From the NCBI GenBank assembly GCA_019057865.1, contig JAHLWP010000070.1:1-11257 (forward strand): a stretch of DNA of 11,257 nucleotides. Reading direction: 5' to 3'. Shown here piece after piece: positions 1 to 7,893 of this stretch (the first letter of the stretch is position 1; every line of letters begins with the position of its first letter). Position numbers and translations under genes: made by a program. Below the pieces are notes generated by a model. It had not been told where the DNA came from, did not search any database, and worked only from the letters and a program-made list of their open reading frames with translations. The DNA is from Promethearchaeota archaeon. GTDB taxonomy: Archaea; Asgardarchaeota; Lokiarchaeia; Sigyniarchaeales; SOKP01.

Positions 1-305
1 TGCTGGTGTTCAACGCCGAAGCGCCGTTAGCGATTCCAAAAAGAAAAGTCGGTGTTCCAATGATGCTCCGCTCCAACCGAAATTGCAGCATCGACGCTCC
101 CGACTACACTCTGTATTCAGTTCAAAACCGCAACAACAAGCTGCAGTAAAACTCCACGGGGTCTTCTCGTCCCACTGGGCTTCTCCGGACCGTTCGCCGG
201 AGTGTAATTTCAATCGTCAGAAGGCTGGGACAATGGGGAGAACGTTGGACCATTCATGCACGTCTGAACTTACCAGACAAGGCATTTGGCTACCTTAAGA
301 GAGTT

Positions 306-335
306 TAAACCTCGCACGGCTATTAGACATGCGAC
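306..335 (-). other. 30-nt archaeal-type (bulge-helix-bulge) intron in the 23S rRNA helix 69 loop, after U1917 (E. coli numbering)
   Basis: Sense sequence: GGGAGU-AACU-AU^G-UCGCAUG-UCUAAUAGC-CGUGCGA-GGUU-UA^A-ACUCUC. The outer helix is GGGAGU/ACUCUC, the central 4-bp helix is AACU/GGUU, the two 3-nt bulges are AUG and UAA, and the intron stem is UCGCAUG/CGUGCGA. Cutting after the second nucleotide of each bulge restores the consensus GUAACUAUAAC. Confidence 0.92.
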
Positions 336-1640
336 ATAGTTACTCCCGGCGTTTAGCAGGACTTACTCTGGTTGTAACCAGGATTTATCAAACTGCCACT
401 GGCCAGGTATCAGCCTCTGTGCAAAAGTTTTCACTCTAGCAGAGACCTATGTTTTTATTAAACAGTCGTCCCCCCCTAGTTATTGCAACTTGTGAGCCCC
501 CACACACTGCCGAAGCTGCGTGCAGAAATTCACAAGCAAGCCTTCTCCCAAAGTTACGGCTCCAATTTGTCGATTTCCCTAGCCTCCTTTACACGAATAC
601 GCCTTAGGCTACTCACCTAGGGGCACCTGTGTCGGTTCTGGGTACGATCACGGCATTTCTTGCTCATGCCTTTTTAATAGGTCCTGGGCTCGGCGGAACC
701 TTCCACAATTGGATGGCTATTCATGTTTTAAGCTGAGTCTAAGATTTACTCTATTCATCAGCCTTATACATTTAAATAGGGAGATATTCGACAACCCTAT
801 TCCACCTACCCGGAACCGTCAGCATGGAGCCATGCGTTACCGCTAGTGTAGTGCCGTGGTACAGGAATATAAACCTGTTTCCCTTTCGCGCATGCCAGTT
901 AAGGGTGCACTTAGGATCGACTAACTCTTCGCTGACGACGCATTGCAAAGAAACCCTTGCCCTTTCGGCGGATGGGATTCTAACCCATCTATGCTTTTAC
1001 TATTACCAGGATCTGCACTCCAAGTCGGTCCACAGGAACTCACGCACCTGCTTCTGCCCAACCTGGACGCTCCCCTACCAGATCACGGGGTTCTTCCGCC
1101 CGTGCTCTTGGGTCTCGGTGGCAGATTTAAGCCCCGTCCATTTTCGGGGCTATATTTCTCGGCAAATGAGTTGTTACACACTCGTTAGGGAATGGTTACT
1201 TCTATACCTATCCTTTTGCTGTCTTAGAAATATAACGCCCTTTAGTTTAACACTTAACCTGCACTTTGGGACCTTAACCCAAGTCTAGGTTGTTCCCTTC
1301 TCGGCGATGGACTTTACGCCCACCAACCCGTTTCCCAGAGTCTACAGCGCCAGCAGTTTTGGAGTTTAAGAGTGGGGCGAGAGATTTCTCCCCCATACCA
1401 CACAATTAGTGCTCTACACCACTGGCTACCTCGTCTAAGACTTGGCTGATACCAACTTCGGGGAGAACCAGCTATCACCGATCTAGATTAGCCTTTTGCT
1501 CCTATTCCCAGTTCATCCAAGCGAATTGCACATCAGCACTGGTGCAGACTTCCATCACCCTTTCGAGCGACTTCATCTTGACCAGGAATAGATCGACCGG
1601 CTTCGGGTATTATGACAGAGACTTTAGGCCCTTTAAGACC

Positions 1641-1747
1641 ATTCTTCTGGCCTAATCCCTTAGAAGGAATAGCTAAACGTTTTCCAGATGGCAAAACCAT
1701 CCTTCAACGAGTAGTTTTCCCTAATGTGATGATTAGGTTGCAAGAAT
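1641..1747 (-). other. Enlarged expansion segment ES9 (H31 region) of the LSU rRNA, ~107 nt long hairpin
   Basis: Extra sequence lies between the conserved flanks (plus strand) ttaagacc and tggtttccct, which are almost adjacent in E. coli. Nested complementarity: attctt/aagaat, cctaatc/gattagg, ttag/ctaa, aacg/cgtt-type pairs and the terminal hairpin gatgg-caaaa-ccatc. Confidence 0.8.
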
Positions 1748-2470
1748 ATTGGTTTCCCTACGCCTACATGGGTGATCCACTTAAGCTTGCCTCTACCATA
1801 AACTCCCTGGCCAATGATTCCAGACTGATGATGCAACCCTAGTCCTCTGCACTCTGATGTTCCGTCACCAGAACTCATTCGCACAGAATCTGTCCTTTCA
1901 GGCTGCATCCTTACTAAACTATTTGGTTTCAAGCACTTTTCACTGCCCTTCCGGGTTACTTTTCATCTTTCGCTCACGCTACTATTTCTCTATCGGTCTT
2001 GGGACATATTTAGATTTACCAGCGTGTATCTGGCACATTCGTACGAGAAAACCATCCCGCACTAATCGGGGACTCTCGCAGCAACCATCTAGATTATGAT
2101 TACGCGGCTATCACGCTCTATAGCTCAGCATTCCAGAAGTATTCATCTTCTCTAGGGAGGTCGTACAAGGCCCACACACCACATCTCCCATAGGTTTCCC
2201 TAGGGATTCGGTTTGATCTGTTCCGCTTTCGCTCGCCGTTACTCACGGAATCACTATTGTTTTCTTTTCCTCCTGGTACTAAAATGTTTTACTTCCCAGG
2301 GTTCCCCTTCCCTTCCGGGAATCTTGTGGATTATTAGGCCACAAGTGGATGTCCTATTCGAGAATCTCGGGGTCAACGTCTACTTGCGACTAACCCGAGC
2401 TTATCGCAGCTTGTCACGCTCTTCATCGGTGCCCAAGCCAAGATATCCACCAAATAGTGGAGGCGTATTG

Positions 2471-2827
2471 GCGTCTAATTGAGGAAAGATTCAGATTGCT
2501 TGCATAAAGGATTGCATACTAGGATAATAAGTTAATTGGAACGATTCTTTGGAAATTATTACTCAATGGGGAGTATGTTCCTATGAGCACGATTTTTCAT
2601 GCTTGGCTTGGTTTACTCACTTCCCGTATCACCTTAATCATTAAGTACTCCATGCGCCGGAATAAAGAATTCTTTATTTTTTGTACGATTCAAGTTCTCG
2701 CATGTTTCACTTTTTAAGATGTACTTCCGCGAGGCCAATACCAATTAAAGGTGTATATCATCCAAAATAGATGACATATTTTCCCACCAATAATTTTAAT
2801 AATTTTAATGGCAAATATACCATCGGC
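2471..2827 (-). other. Structured 5' external transcribed spacer (pre-23S leader)
   Basis: Non-coding, slightly higher GC than the adjacent intergenic DNA, and contains several inverted repeats. Examples: AGCAUGA-aaaa-UCGUGCU (pairs fully, via G-U, only on the minus strand, ~2587-2604), ggagta/tactcc (2570-2575/2646-2651), aataaag/ctttatt (2661-2678), ctcgc/gcgag (2697-2733) and tcatc/gatga (2758-2774). Confidence 0.6.
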
Positions 2828-2847
2828 GAAATATTAGAGTAATTACT

Positions 2848-2865
2848 TAATTAAAAATTTTATGG
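2848..2865 (-). promoter_or_regulatory. Putative BRE/TATA promoter of the 23S rRNA transcript
   Basis: The minus strand reads CCATAAAA-TT-TTTAATTA, then 20 nt, then a pyrimidine-purine step (C-G at ~2827) where the structured leader begins. This is typical archaeal spacing, but the region is AT-rich, so the site is not unique. Confidence 0.5.
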
Positions 2866-3068
2866 TCTAAAATTATTAAAAATCAAGAATTATTTGAGAT
2901 AAATCTAAAAATAAATAAATAGTAAATAAAATCCATTTTTATATATTGGATTTAATCCAAATCAGAAAATAGATTAAGTTTTATAGTTTAAGTATAAATA
3001 CCATTAATTATTAGCAATAGAAAAGATGATTATGTATTAAATAATTACAATAAATTAACAATTGAATT

Positions 3069-3938
3069 ATGTGTTGTAAAGTTCTAATCGGTACTTCTGG
3101 CTGGGGTTATGATGAGTGGGTCGGGCCTTTTTATCCAAAAGGTCTAAAGAAAGAGGATTACCTTCTTTATTATTCAGAAATTTTTTATACGAATGAGATT
3201 AACACTACCTTTTATAACATCCCTTCAAAACGGATAGTAGAAAACTGGGTAAGTAAAACTCCAAAAAGTTTTTTATTTTCAGTAAAGATACCTCAAACTA
3301 TTACGCATGAGCATAAATTGGATATTAAATTCTGCTTAGATGATTTAGATTATTTTTTAAAAGTTATGAATCCCCTAATTGAATCTAAAAAATTAATATC
3401 ATTTTTAATTCAATTGCCTCCCTCTTTTAATAAGAAAGAGCATTTTGGCAATTTAAAGCAATTTATAGATAACTGGCCAAGAAATCGTGTAAATGATCAT
3501 TATTATATAGTAGTCGAGTTTAGACATAAATCTTGGATGGACCCCGAGACATTTAATTATTTAAAGGAAAATCTTTTAACTTATTGCGTTGTAATAGAGC
3601 CATTGTTACCGCCCCGCATGGATGTAACCAATCCAGAATTTGCTTACATTAGGTTTCATGGTTATGGAAAGAAAATCTGGTTTGATTATTTTTTTAAAGA
3701 AGAAGAAATAAAAAATTGGACACATTCAATAAAAACTATAATTCCAACAGTAAAAAAGATAGGTATCTATTTTAATAATCATTTCTCTGGCTATGCTGCA
3801 AAAAATTCTTTAATGTTAATGAAAGAATTAGAACTTGAACCTAGACATTTCCCTAAAAACATAAACATTCTAGAAATTAAGAAAAAATCAGGGACATTTT
3901 CAAAAGGGCAAATAGGCTTGGATGAATTTATGAAATAA
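3069..3938 (+). CDS. DUF72 (YecE/YunF-like) TIM-barrel protein
   Basis: 289-aa ORF with family motifs IGTSGWGYxxWxGxFYP, EINTTFY, QLPPSF, VEFRHKSW, YIRFHG and YFNNH. Confidence 0.93.
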   Translation: MCCKVLIGTSGWGYDEWVGPFYPKGLKKEDYLLYYSEIFYTNEINTTFYNIPSKRIVENWVSKTPKSFLFSVKIPQTITHEHKLDIKFCLDDLDYFLKVMNPLIESKKLISFLIQLPPSFNKKEHFGNLKQFIDNWPRNRVNDHYYIVVEFRHKSWMDPETFNYLKENLLTYCVVIEPLLPPRMDVTNPEFAYIRFHGYGKKIWFDYFFKEEEIKNWTHSIKTIIPTVKKIGIYFNNHFSGYAAKNSLMLMKELELEPRHFPKNINILEIKKKSGTFSKGQIGLDEFMK

Positions 3939-3970
3939 GTAGAAAGTATCATAACACAGAATTTCGAAGT

Positions 3971-3978
3971 TTTATAAA
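3971..3978 (+). promoter_or_regulatory. Putative TATA box for panE
   Basis: TTTATAAA preceded by a purine-rich CGAAG, 24-31 nt upstream of the TTG start at 4002. This fits a leaderless or short-leader archaeal transcript. Confidence 0.4.
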
Positions 3979-4001
3979 TTTATAACGGAGTCAAGAAAAG
4001 A

Positions 4002-5009
4002 TTGGATAAAATAAAATTAAAGATTGGTGTTATTGGAGCCGGTTCTATAGGGAGTTTGTTTGGCGGATATATTGCAAATTTTAAGTTTAAAACACATTTC
4101 CCTGAAGTAATATTTTTTTGTAGAAAAGATCATGCTGAAGCTATTAATAAAAATGAGTTAAAAATTATTAGGAATCAATCTACTTATGATATAAAAGGTA
4201 TTAAAGCATATGAAAATGAAAAAAAAATTGAAGATAAGATATCTAAGAATTTATCTTTTAGTTTTGATTTTATTTTTCTTACTACTAAGGCATACGATAT
4301 TGAAACTGCTATTTTTCAATATAAGAAAATAATTGATGCAAGTAAATATTTAATTATTTTGCAGAATGGAATTGGGAATGAAGAGATCGCAAGTAAATTT
4401 TGCCCAAAAAAAAAAATTATTAGGATAGTAACTACAAATGGAGCACTATTAGCTGAACCGGGGAAAGTAATCCATACTGGCTTAGGTATAACAAAAATTG
4501 GATTTCCATATCTTATTAGATTGGATCTTAAACCTAAAGATTTTGAACAACGCCAATCAGATATAAATTTATTGAAAAATATTTTAAATTTCGCAGGTTT
4601 AAAAACAATAATCGTTGATGATATTATTAGTGAATCTTGGGAGAAAGTATTCATAAATGTTGGAATTAATCCCATTGGAGCTTTAACTCAATTAAGAAAT
4701 GGTGAATTATTGGAAATCAAGGGGTTAAAACATTACATGGGTGAAGCAGTTAAAGAAGCAATTAATGTTGCTAGAATGAAAAAGATTAACCTTTCTGAAA
4801 AAGATTATATTGCTTTAACTTATGAAGTAGCGAAAAAAACTTCAAAGAATAAAAATTCTATGCTACAGGATATTTTAAATGGGAAAACAACAGAAATTGA
4901 TTTTTTAAATGGAAGAATAGTGAAATACGCCAATAAACTAGGAATTGAAGTGCCTATTAATAAAGTTTTAACATCTTTAATCAAGGGATTAGAATATTCA
5001 TTAACTTAA
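4002..5009 (+). CDS. panE: 2-dehydropantoate (ketopantoate) 2-reductase
   Basis: Rossmann motif IGAGSIGSLFGG, TTKAYD, LQNGIGNEE, WEKVFINVGINP (catalytic Lys), SMLQD and TEIDFLNG. TTG start. Confidence 0.93.
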   Translation: MDKIKLKIGVIGAGSIGSLFGGYIANFKFKTHFPEVIFFCRKDHAEAINKNELKIIRNQSTYDIKGIKAYENEKKIEDKISKNLSFSFDFIFLTTKAYDIETAIFQYKKIIDASKYLIILQNGIGNEEIASKFCPKKKIIRIVTTNGALLAEPGKVIHTGLGITKIGFPYLIRLDLKPKDFEQRQSDINLLKNILNFAGLKTIIVDDIISESWEKVFINVGINPIGALTQLRNGELLEIKGLKHYMGEAVKEAINVARMKKINLSEKDYIALTYEVAKKTSKNKNSMLQDILNGKTTEIDFLNGRIVKYANKLGIEVPINKVLTSLIKGLEYSLT

Positions 5010-5539
5010 TTAGTATCAGCATTTCGAACCATGTAGTACGCGTTTTCTCCATCTCGGTAATAATTCTTTTTGACACTATTCATTTTTAAGTTAAATTTTT
5101 CATATAATTTTATAGCGATATAATTTGATACCCTTACTTCTAAGACTAATTCTGTGATCTTATGTTTTTTTACAGCCGATATACTATTAGATAACAATGT
5201 TGTTCCAATTCCTCTTCTTCTATATTCTTCAGAAACTGCAATAGATACCAAGTGTCCTTTATTTACATATTTTAAACTATCCATAGAAGGAATTTGCTCA
5301 ACTCTCCACATCACATAACCCATAACTTTATTATCTTTATCGGTTGCTACCAAAAACGCTTCTGGAAAATTATCAAGAATGCTTTTATAGAAAAAGTAGG
5401 GATAATCTTCTGGTAATTCTCGTTCATTTACCTCGATTACGCCCTCCAAGTCATTTAATTTGCATCTCCTTATTAAAATCTGAGATTCAATTTTAATACT
5501 ATTCATAATGTTTATCTTAGTTTCTTTATCAGTACCCAT
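5006..5539 (-). CDS. GNAT N-alpha-acetyltransferase, archaeal Ard1/RimI (Naa10-like) family
   Basis: LPEDYP motif, GHLVSIAV, acetyl-CoA motif YRRRGIG, LEVRVSN and YYRDGENAY. The true start may be the second Met. Confidence 0.9.
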   Translation of the reverse strand: MGTDKETKINIMNSIKIESQILIRRCKLNDLEGVIEVNERELPEDYPYFFYKSILDNFPEAFLVATDKDNKVMGYVMWRVEQIPSMDSLKYVNKGHLVSIAVSEEYRRRGIGTTLLSNSISAVKKHKITELVLEVRVSNYIAIKLYEKFNLKMNSVKKNYYRDGENAYYMVRNADTN

Positions 5540-5644
5540 TGTTATCCTTGATTAATGATAGTTTTTAAAAGATAGATTGTTAATATATAGGATAATAATA
5601 ATAGAAACATTTAAGCTTTTATGAATTAGGTTATAATAGCTATT

Positions 5645-6448
5645 TCACGTTCCTAAAATTTCAAAAGCATCTTCTTTTTGTTTTTCTATATAATTTATTA
5701 TAAGATCTAAAGTATTTTGTATATTCTTTTTATTATCAAAGTTTTCAATAATTTTCTTTAATTCATTTTCACTAAATTTTTTTAGTTCTCCTACGATTTT
5801 AATCATTTCAGGTAAAGTTCTGACGATATTATCTACAATGGTTATATCTGCGCATAATGACGTTCTACTTAAAGGATTTAAATCGACAGCAATAACCTGT
5901 TTATTTAATTTTTTCAGTGCTTCGCTACGATCTCCGTCTTCAAGGGGAACTAATACTACATCTGCCAAATAAATACCATTTGGGTCAACTATTCTCCTAT
6001 TACTTGAAAGGTCTTTGATTTCAACCATTTTTTCTTCATCTATACCTAAAAGATTAGATGCACCAGCATTTTCCAATACTTTTTTAATTATCCCAATTCT
6101 ACCTTCTTTTCTATAAAATAAATTTATTTCAAGAGGGGCATTAACAGCATTAGATAATTCTATAAGGTATTTGGGGCATAAAGCAGCAGTATTACCATTA
6201 ACAGATATTACTGGTTTTTTAGCTAGTAATAAAAGGGCAACTGCCGCTTTAATAGCCTTCTTGGCTATACTATTTGTTTTCTCACCTAGTATATAATCAA
6301 AACATTCTCCCCTACCATGTGCTATTAAACCAGCTTCAGCAGTAATTAAATTTCTCATTCCTTCAATAATTTTACGTCTATAATTCAAACTCTGATAACG
6401 TGGATGATCCTTTGGAACCTTATGATCTTGGTTCTCATTAGAATTCAT
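5645..6448 (-). CDS. Phosphopantothenate synthetase (4-phosphopantoate--beta-alanine ligase, archaeal CoA pathway, DUF137 family)
   Basis: Family motifs HPRYQSL, GLIAHGRGECFDYILGE, PVISVNGN, VLVPLEDGDR and DLNPLSRT. Confidence 0.93.
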   Translation of the reverse strand: MNSNENQDHKVPKDHPRYQSLNYRRKIIEGMRNLITAEAGLIAHGRGECFDYILGEKTNSIAKKAIKAAVALLLLAKKPVISVNGNTAALCPKYLIELSNAVNAPLEINLFYRKEGRIGIIKKVLENAGASNLLGIDEEKMVEIKDLSSNRRIVDPNGIYLADVVLVPLEDGDRSEALKKLNKQVIAVDLNPLSRTSLCADITIVDNIVRTLPEMIKIVGELKKFSENELKKIIENFDNKKNIQNTLDLIINYIEKQKEDAFEILGT

Positions 6449-6470
6449 GATTCATAGATAAGTATAGGTC

Positions 6471-6478
6471 TTTATATA
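6471..6478 (-). promoter_or_regulatory. Putative TATA box for the phosphopantothenate synthetase gene, in a divergent promoter region shared with aRF1
   Basis: Minus-strand TATATAAA lies 23-30 nt upstream of the ATG at 6448. Confidence 0.35.
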
Positions 6479-6530
6479 GTTTAAAATAAAGGAAAAATAT
6501 TAATCTTTTGTATCTTTTATAATTTTGTTG

Positions 6531-7811
6531 ATGATTATGAGCTCTATGGTAGAAAAGAAAAGCAACGATTTGCAAATTTATCACACGAAAAAAGTTTTAG
6601 ATAACCTTAAAGGTAAAAAGGGATTCCACACAGAATTAATTTCATTGTACATTCCGCATGATCGTAAGGTTTCTGATGTAACAAATTATCTTAAGAATGA
6701 AATCAGTGAAAGCCAAAATATTAAATCAAAGTTAACTAGAAAAAATGTATTAGATAGTATAAATAGTCTTTTAGGTAAACTGAAAAATATAAGAGCTATT
6801 CCAGAAAATGGGCTAATTATGTTTTCAGGAGCAATTCCGCAAAATGATACACCTGGGACTGAAAAAAATGAATTAACAATTATCGACCCTCCGGAAAAAG
6901 TTACAACATTCAGATACCATTGTGCGAATGAATTTTTGTTATGGCCACTAGAAGAAGTACTTAAACCAAAAGAATCATATGGTTTAATTGTTATTGGAAG
7001 ATCTAAATCTGCCGTAGGCTATATTAGGGGTGAACACGTAGAGGTTGTGAGAGAATTCACTTCAGGAATTCATGGTAAACATCGAGCTGGGGGGCAATCA
7101 CAGAGGAGATTTGAAAGAGATATTGAGGAACAAGAAAAACAGTTCTATCGTAGAATCTCAAAGGAAATTAGTGATTTATTTTTATCTATGGAAGATTTGC
7201 AGGGCATCTTTATTGGAGGACCTGGTCTATCTAAAGAAAAATTTGTTAAGGATGAGAGCTTGGATTATAGACTGCGTGAAAAAATAATGGATATAGTTGA
7301 TCTTGGATATGGAGGTGCTGAAGGTATTCGAGCATTAATTGAAAAGATAAAGGATAAAATTGAAAACGTAAAATATATCCGAGAAAAACAAATTATGCAG
7401 CAATTTTTAAAAGAAATTTCAATCGATTCTGGACTAGCTGCATATGGTCTTGAAGAAGTCCAAAAAGCATTAAATATTGGTGCTATTAAAACATTAATTT
7501 TTTCTGAAAAATTGGATGTGTATAAATTAAATTTAGAATGTTCTAATTGTGGATATAAAGAATCGAGAACTGCTAGAGAACAAGAATTAATAATGATTGA
7601 ATCATCAATTCAAGATGAAAACTGTCCAGAATGCAGTTCGAACACATTTAATATTTCAGAAAAAACTACATTAATTGAAGACCTTGGAGCTATCGCAGAG
7701 ACTATGGGGACTGAAGTAATAATAATTTCCTCTGAAACGGAAGAAGGAGAAATGCTATATAGTACATTTGGAGGGATAGTTGCAATCCTCCGATTTAAAC
7801 TTACATATTAG
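6531..7811 (+). CDS. prf1: Peptide chain release factor aRF1 (eRF1 family)
   Basis: NIKS motif, YxCxxxF (YHCANEF), catalytic GGQ (KHRAGGQSQRRFER), C-terminal CxxC...CxxC zinc-ribbon insert and FGGIVAILRF end. The start is uncertain (TTG 6525, ATG 6531, 6537 or 6546). Confidence 0.96.
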   Translation: MIMSSMVEKKSNDLQIYHTKKVLDNLKGKKGFHTELISLYIPHDRKVSDVTNYLKNEISESQNIKSKLTRKNVLDSINSLLGKLKNIRAIPENGLIMFSGAIPQNDTPGTEKNELTIIDPPEKVTTFRYHCANEFLLWPLEEVLKPKESYGLIVIGRSKSAVGYIRGEHVEVVREFTSGIHGKHRAGGQSQRRFERDIEEQEKQFYRRISKEISDLFLSMEDLQGIFIGGPGLSKEKFVKDESLDYRLREKIMDIVDLGYGGAEGIRALIEKIKDKIENVKYIREKQIMQQFLKEISIDSGLAAYGLEEVQKALNIGAIKTLIFSEKLDVYKLNLECSNCGYKESRTAREQELIMIESSIQDENCPECSSNTFNISEKTTLIEDLGAIAETMGTEVIIISSETEEGEMLYSTFGGIVAILRFKLTY

Positions 7812-7893
7812 CCAAATATTAGTTTTTATCTTAAAATTAACTGACTCTATTAGAATGGTTATTAAAAATTTATGGTAAAATGGAGTATAATTT

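Larger units (their letters stand above)
1..2470 (-). rRNA. rrl: 23S (LSU) rRNA, archaeal; domains I-IV and start of V, 3' part outside the window
   Basis: The reverse complement contains conserved LSU motifs in order: GGUGGAU...CGAUGAAG near the 5' end (~2451-2421), AGCUGGUUCUCCCCGAA (~1457-1473), the GTPase centre GAGUGUGUAACAACUCA (~1167-1183), GACUGUUUAAUAAAAACA (~450-467), GUAACUAU..CUCUUAAGGUAGC (H69-H71) and GAAGACCCCGUGGAG (~152-166). The 5' end is estimated from E. coli numbering (+/-10 nt). Confidence 0.98.

Noticed and set aside
487-538. H63/ES27 region as a possible insertion
   Set aside because: About 50 nt, comparable to normal prokaryotic H63, and no BHB seen.
1831-1910. Long H25 (ES7) region
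   Set aside because: Longer than in E. coli, but moderately extended H25 is ordinary in archaea.
10-2482. Eight short ORFs (67-154 aa) on both strands overlapping the rRNA
   Set aside because: They are chance open frames in GC-richer rRNA sequence, with no protein motifs. None resembles a homing endonuclease.
2566-2653. Possible tRNA, 5S rRNA or C/D box sRNA in the leader
   Set aside because: No cloverleaf or T-loop, no 5S consensus, and no convincing C/D box pair. Kept only as part of the structured leader.
4316-4675. Antisense or alternate-frame ORFs (also 7072-7287, 7755-7946, 8361-8558, 10324-10683)
   Set aside because: They are shadows of well-supported genes, with no recognisable motifs.
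5006-5009. Convergent gene pairs sharing a TTAA stop overlap (also 8883-8886)
   Set aside because: A common arrangement in compact AT-rich genomes.
6531-7811. Functional link between aRF1 and the H69 intron, or altered stop-codon recognition
   Set aside because: The NIKS, YxCxxxF and GGQ motifs look normal, and TAA, TAG and TGA all end genes here. Proximity to the 23S gene is probably incidental.
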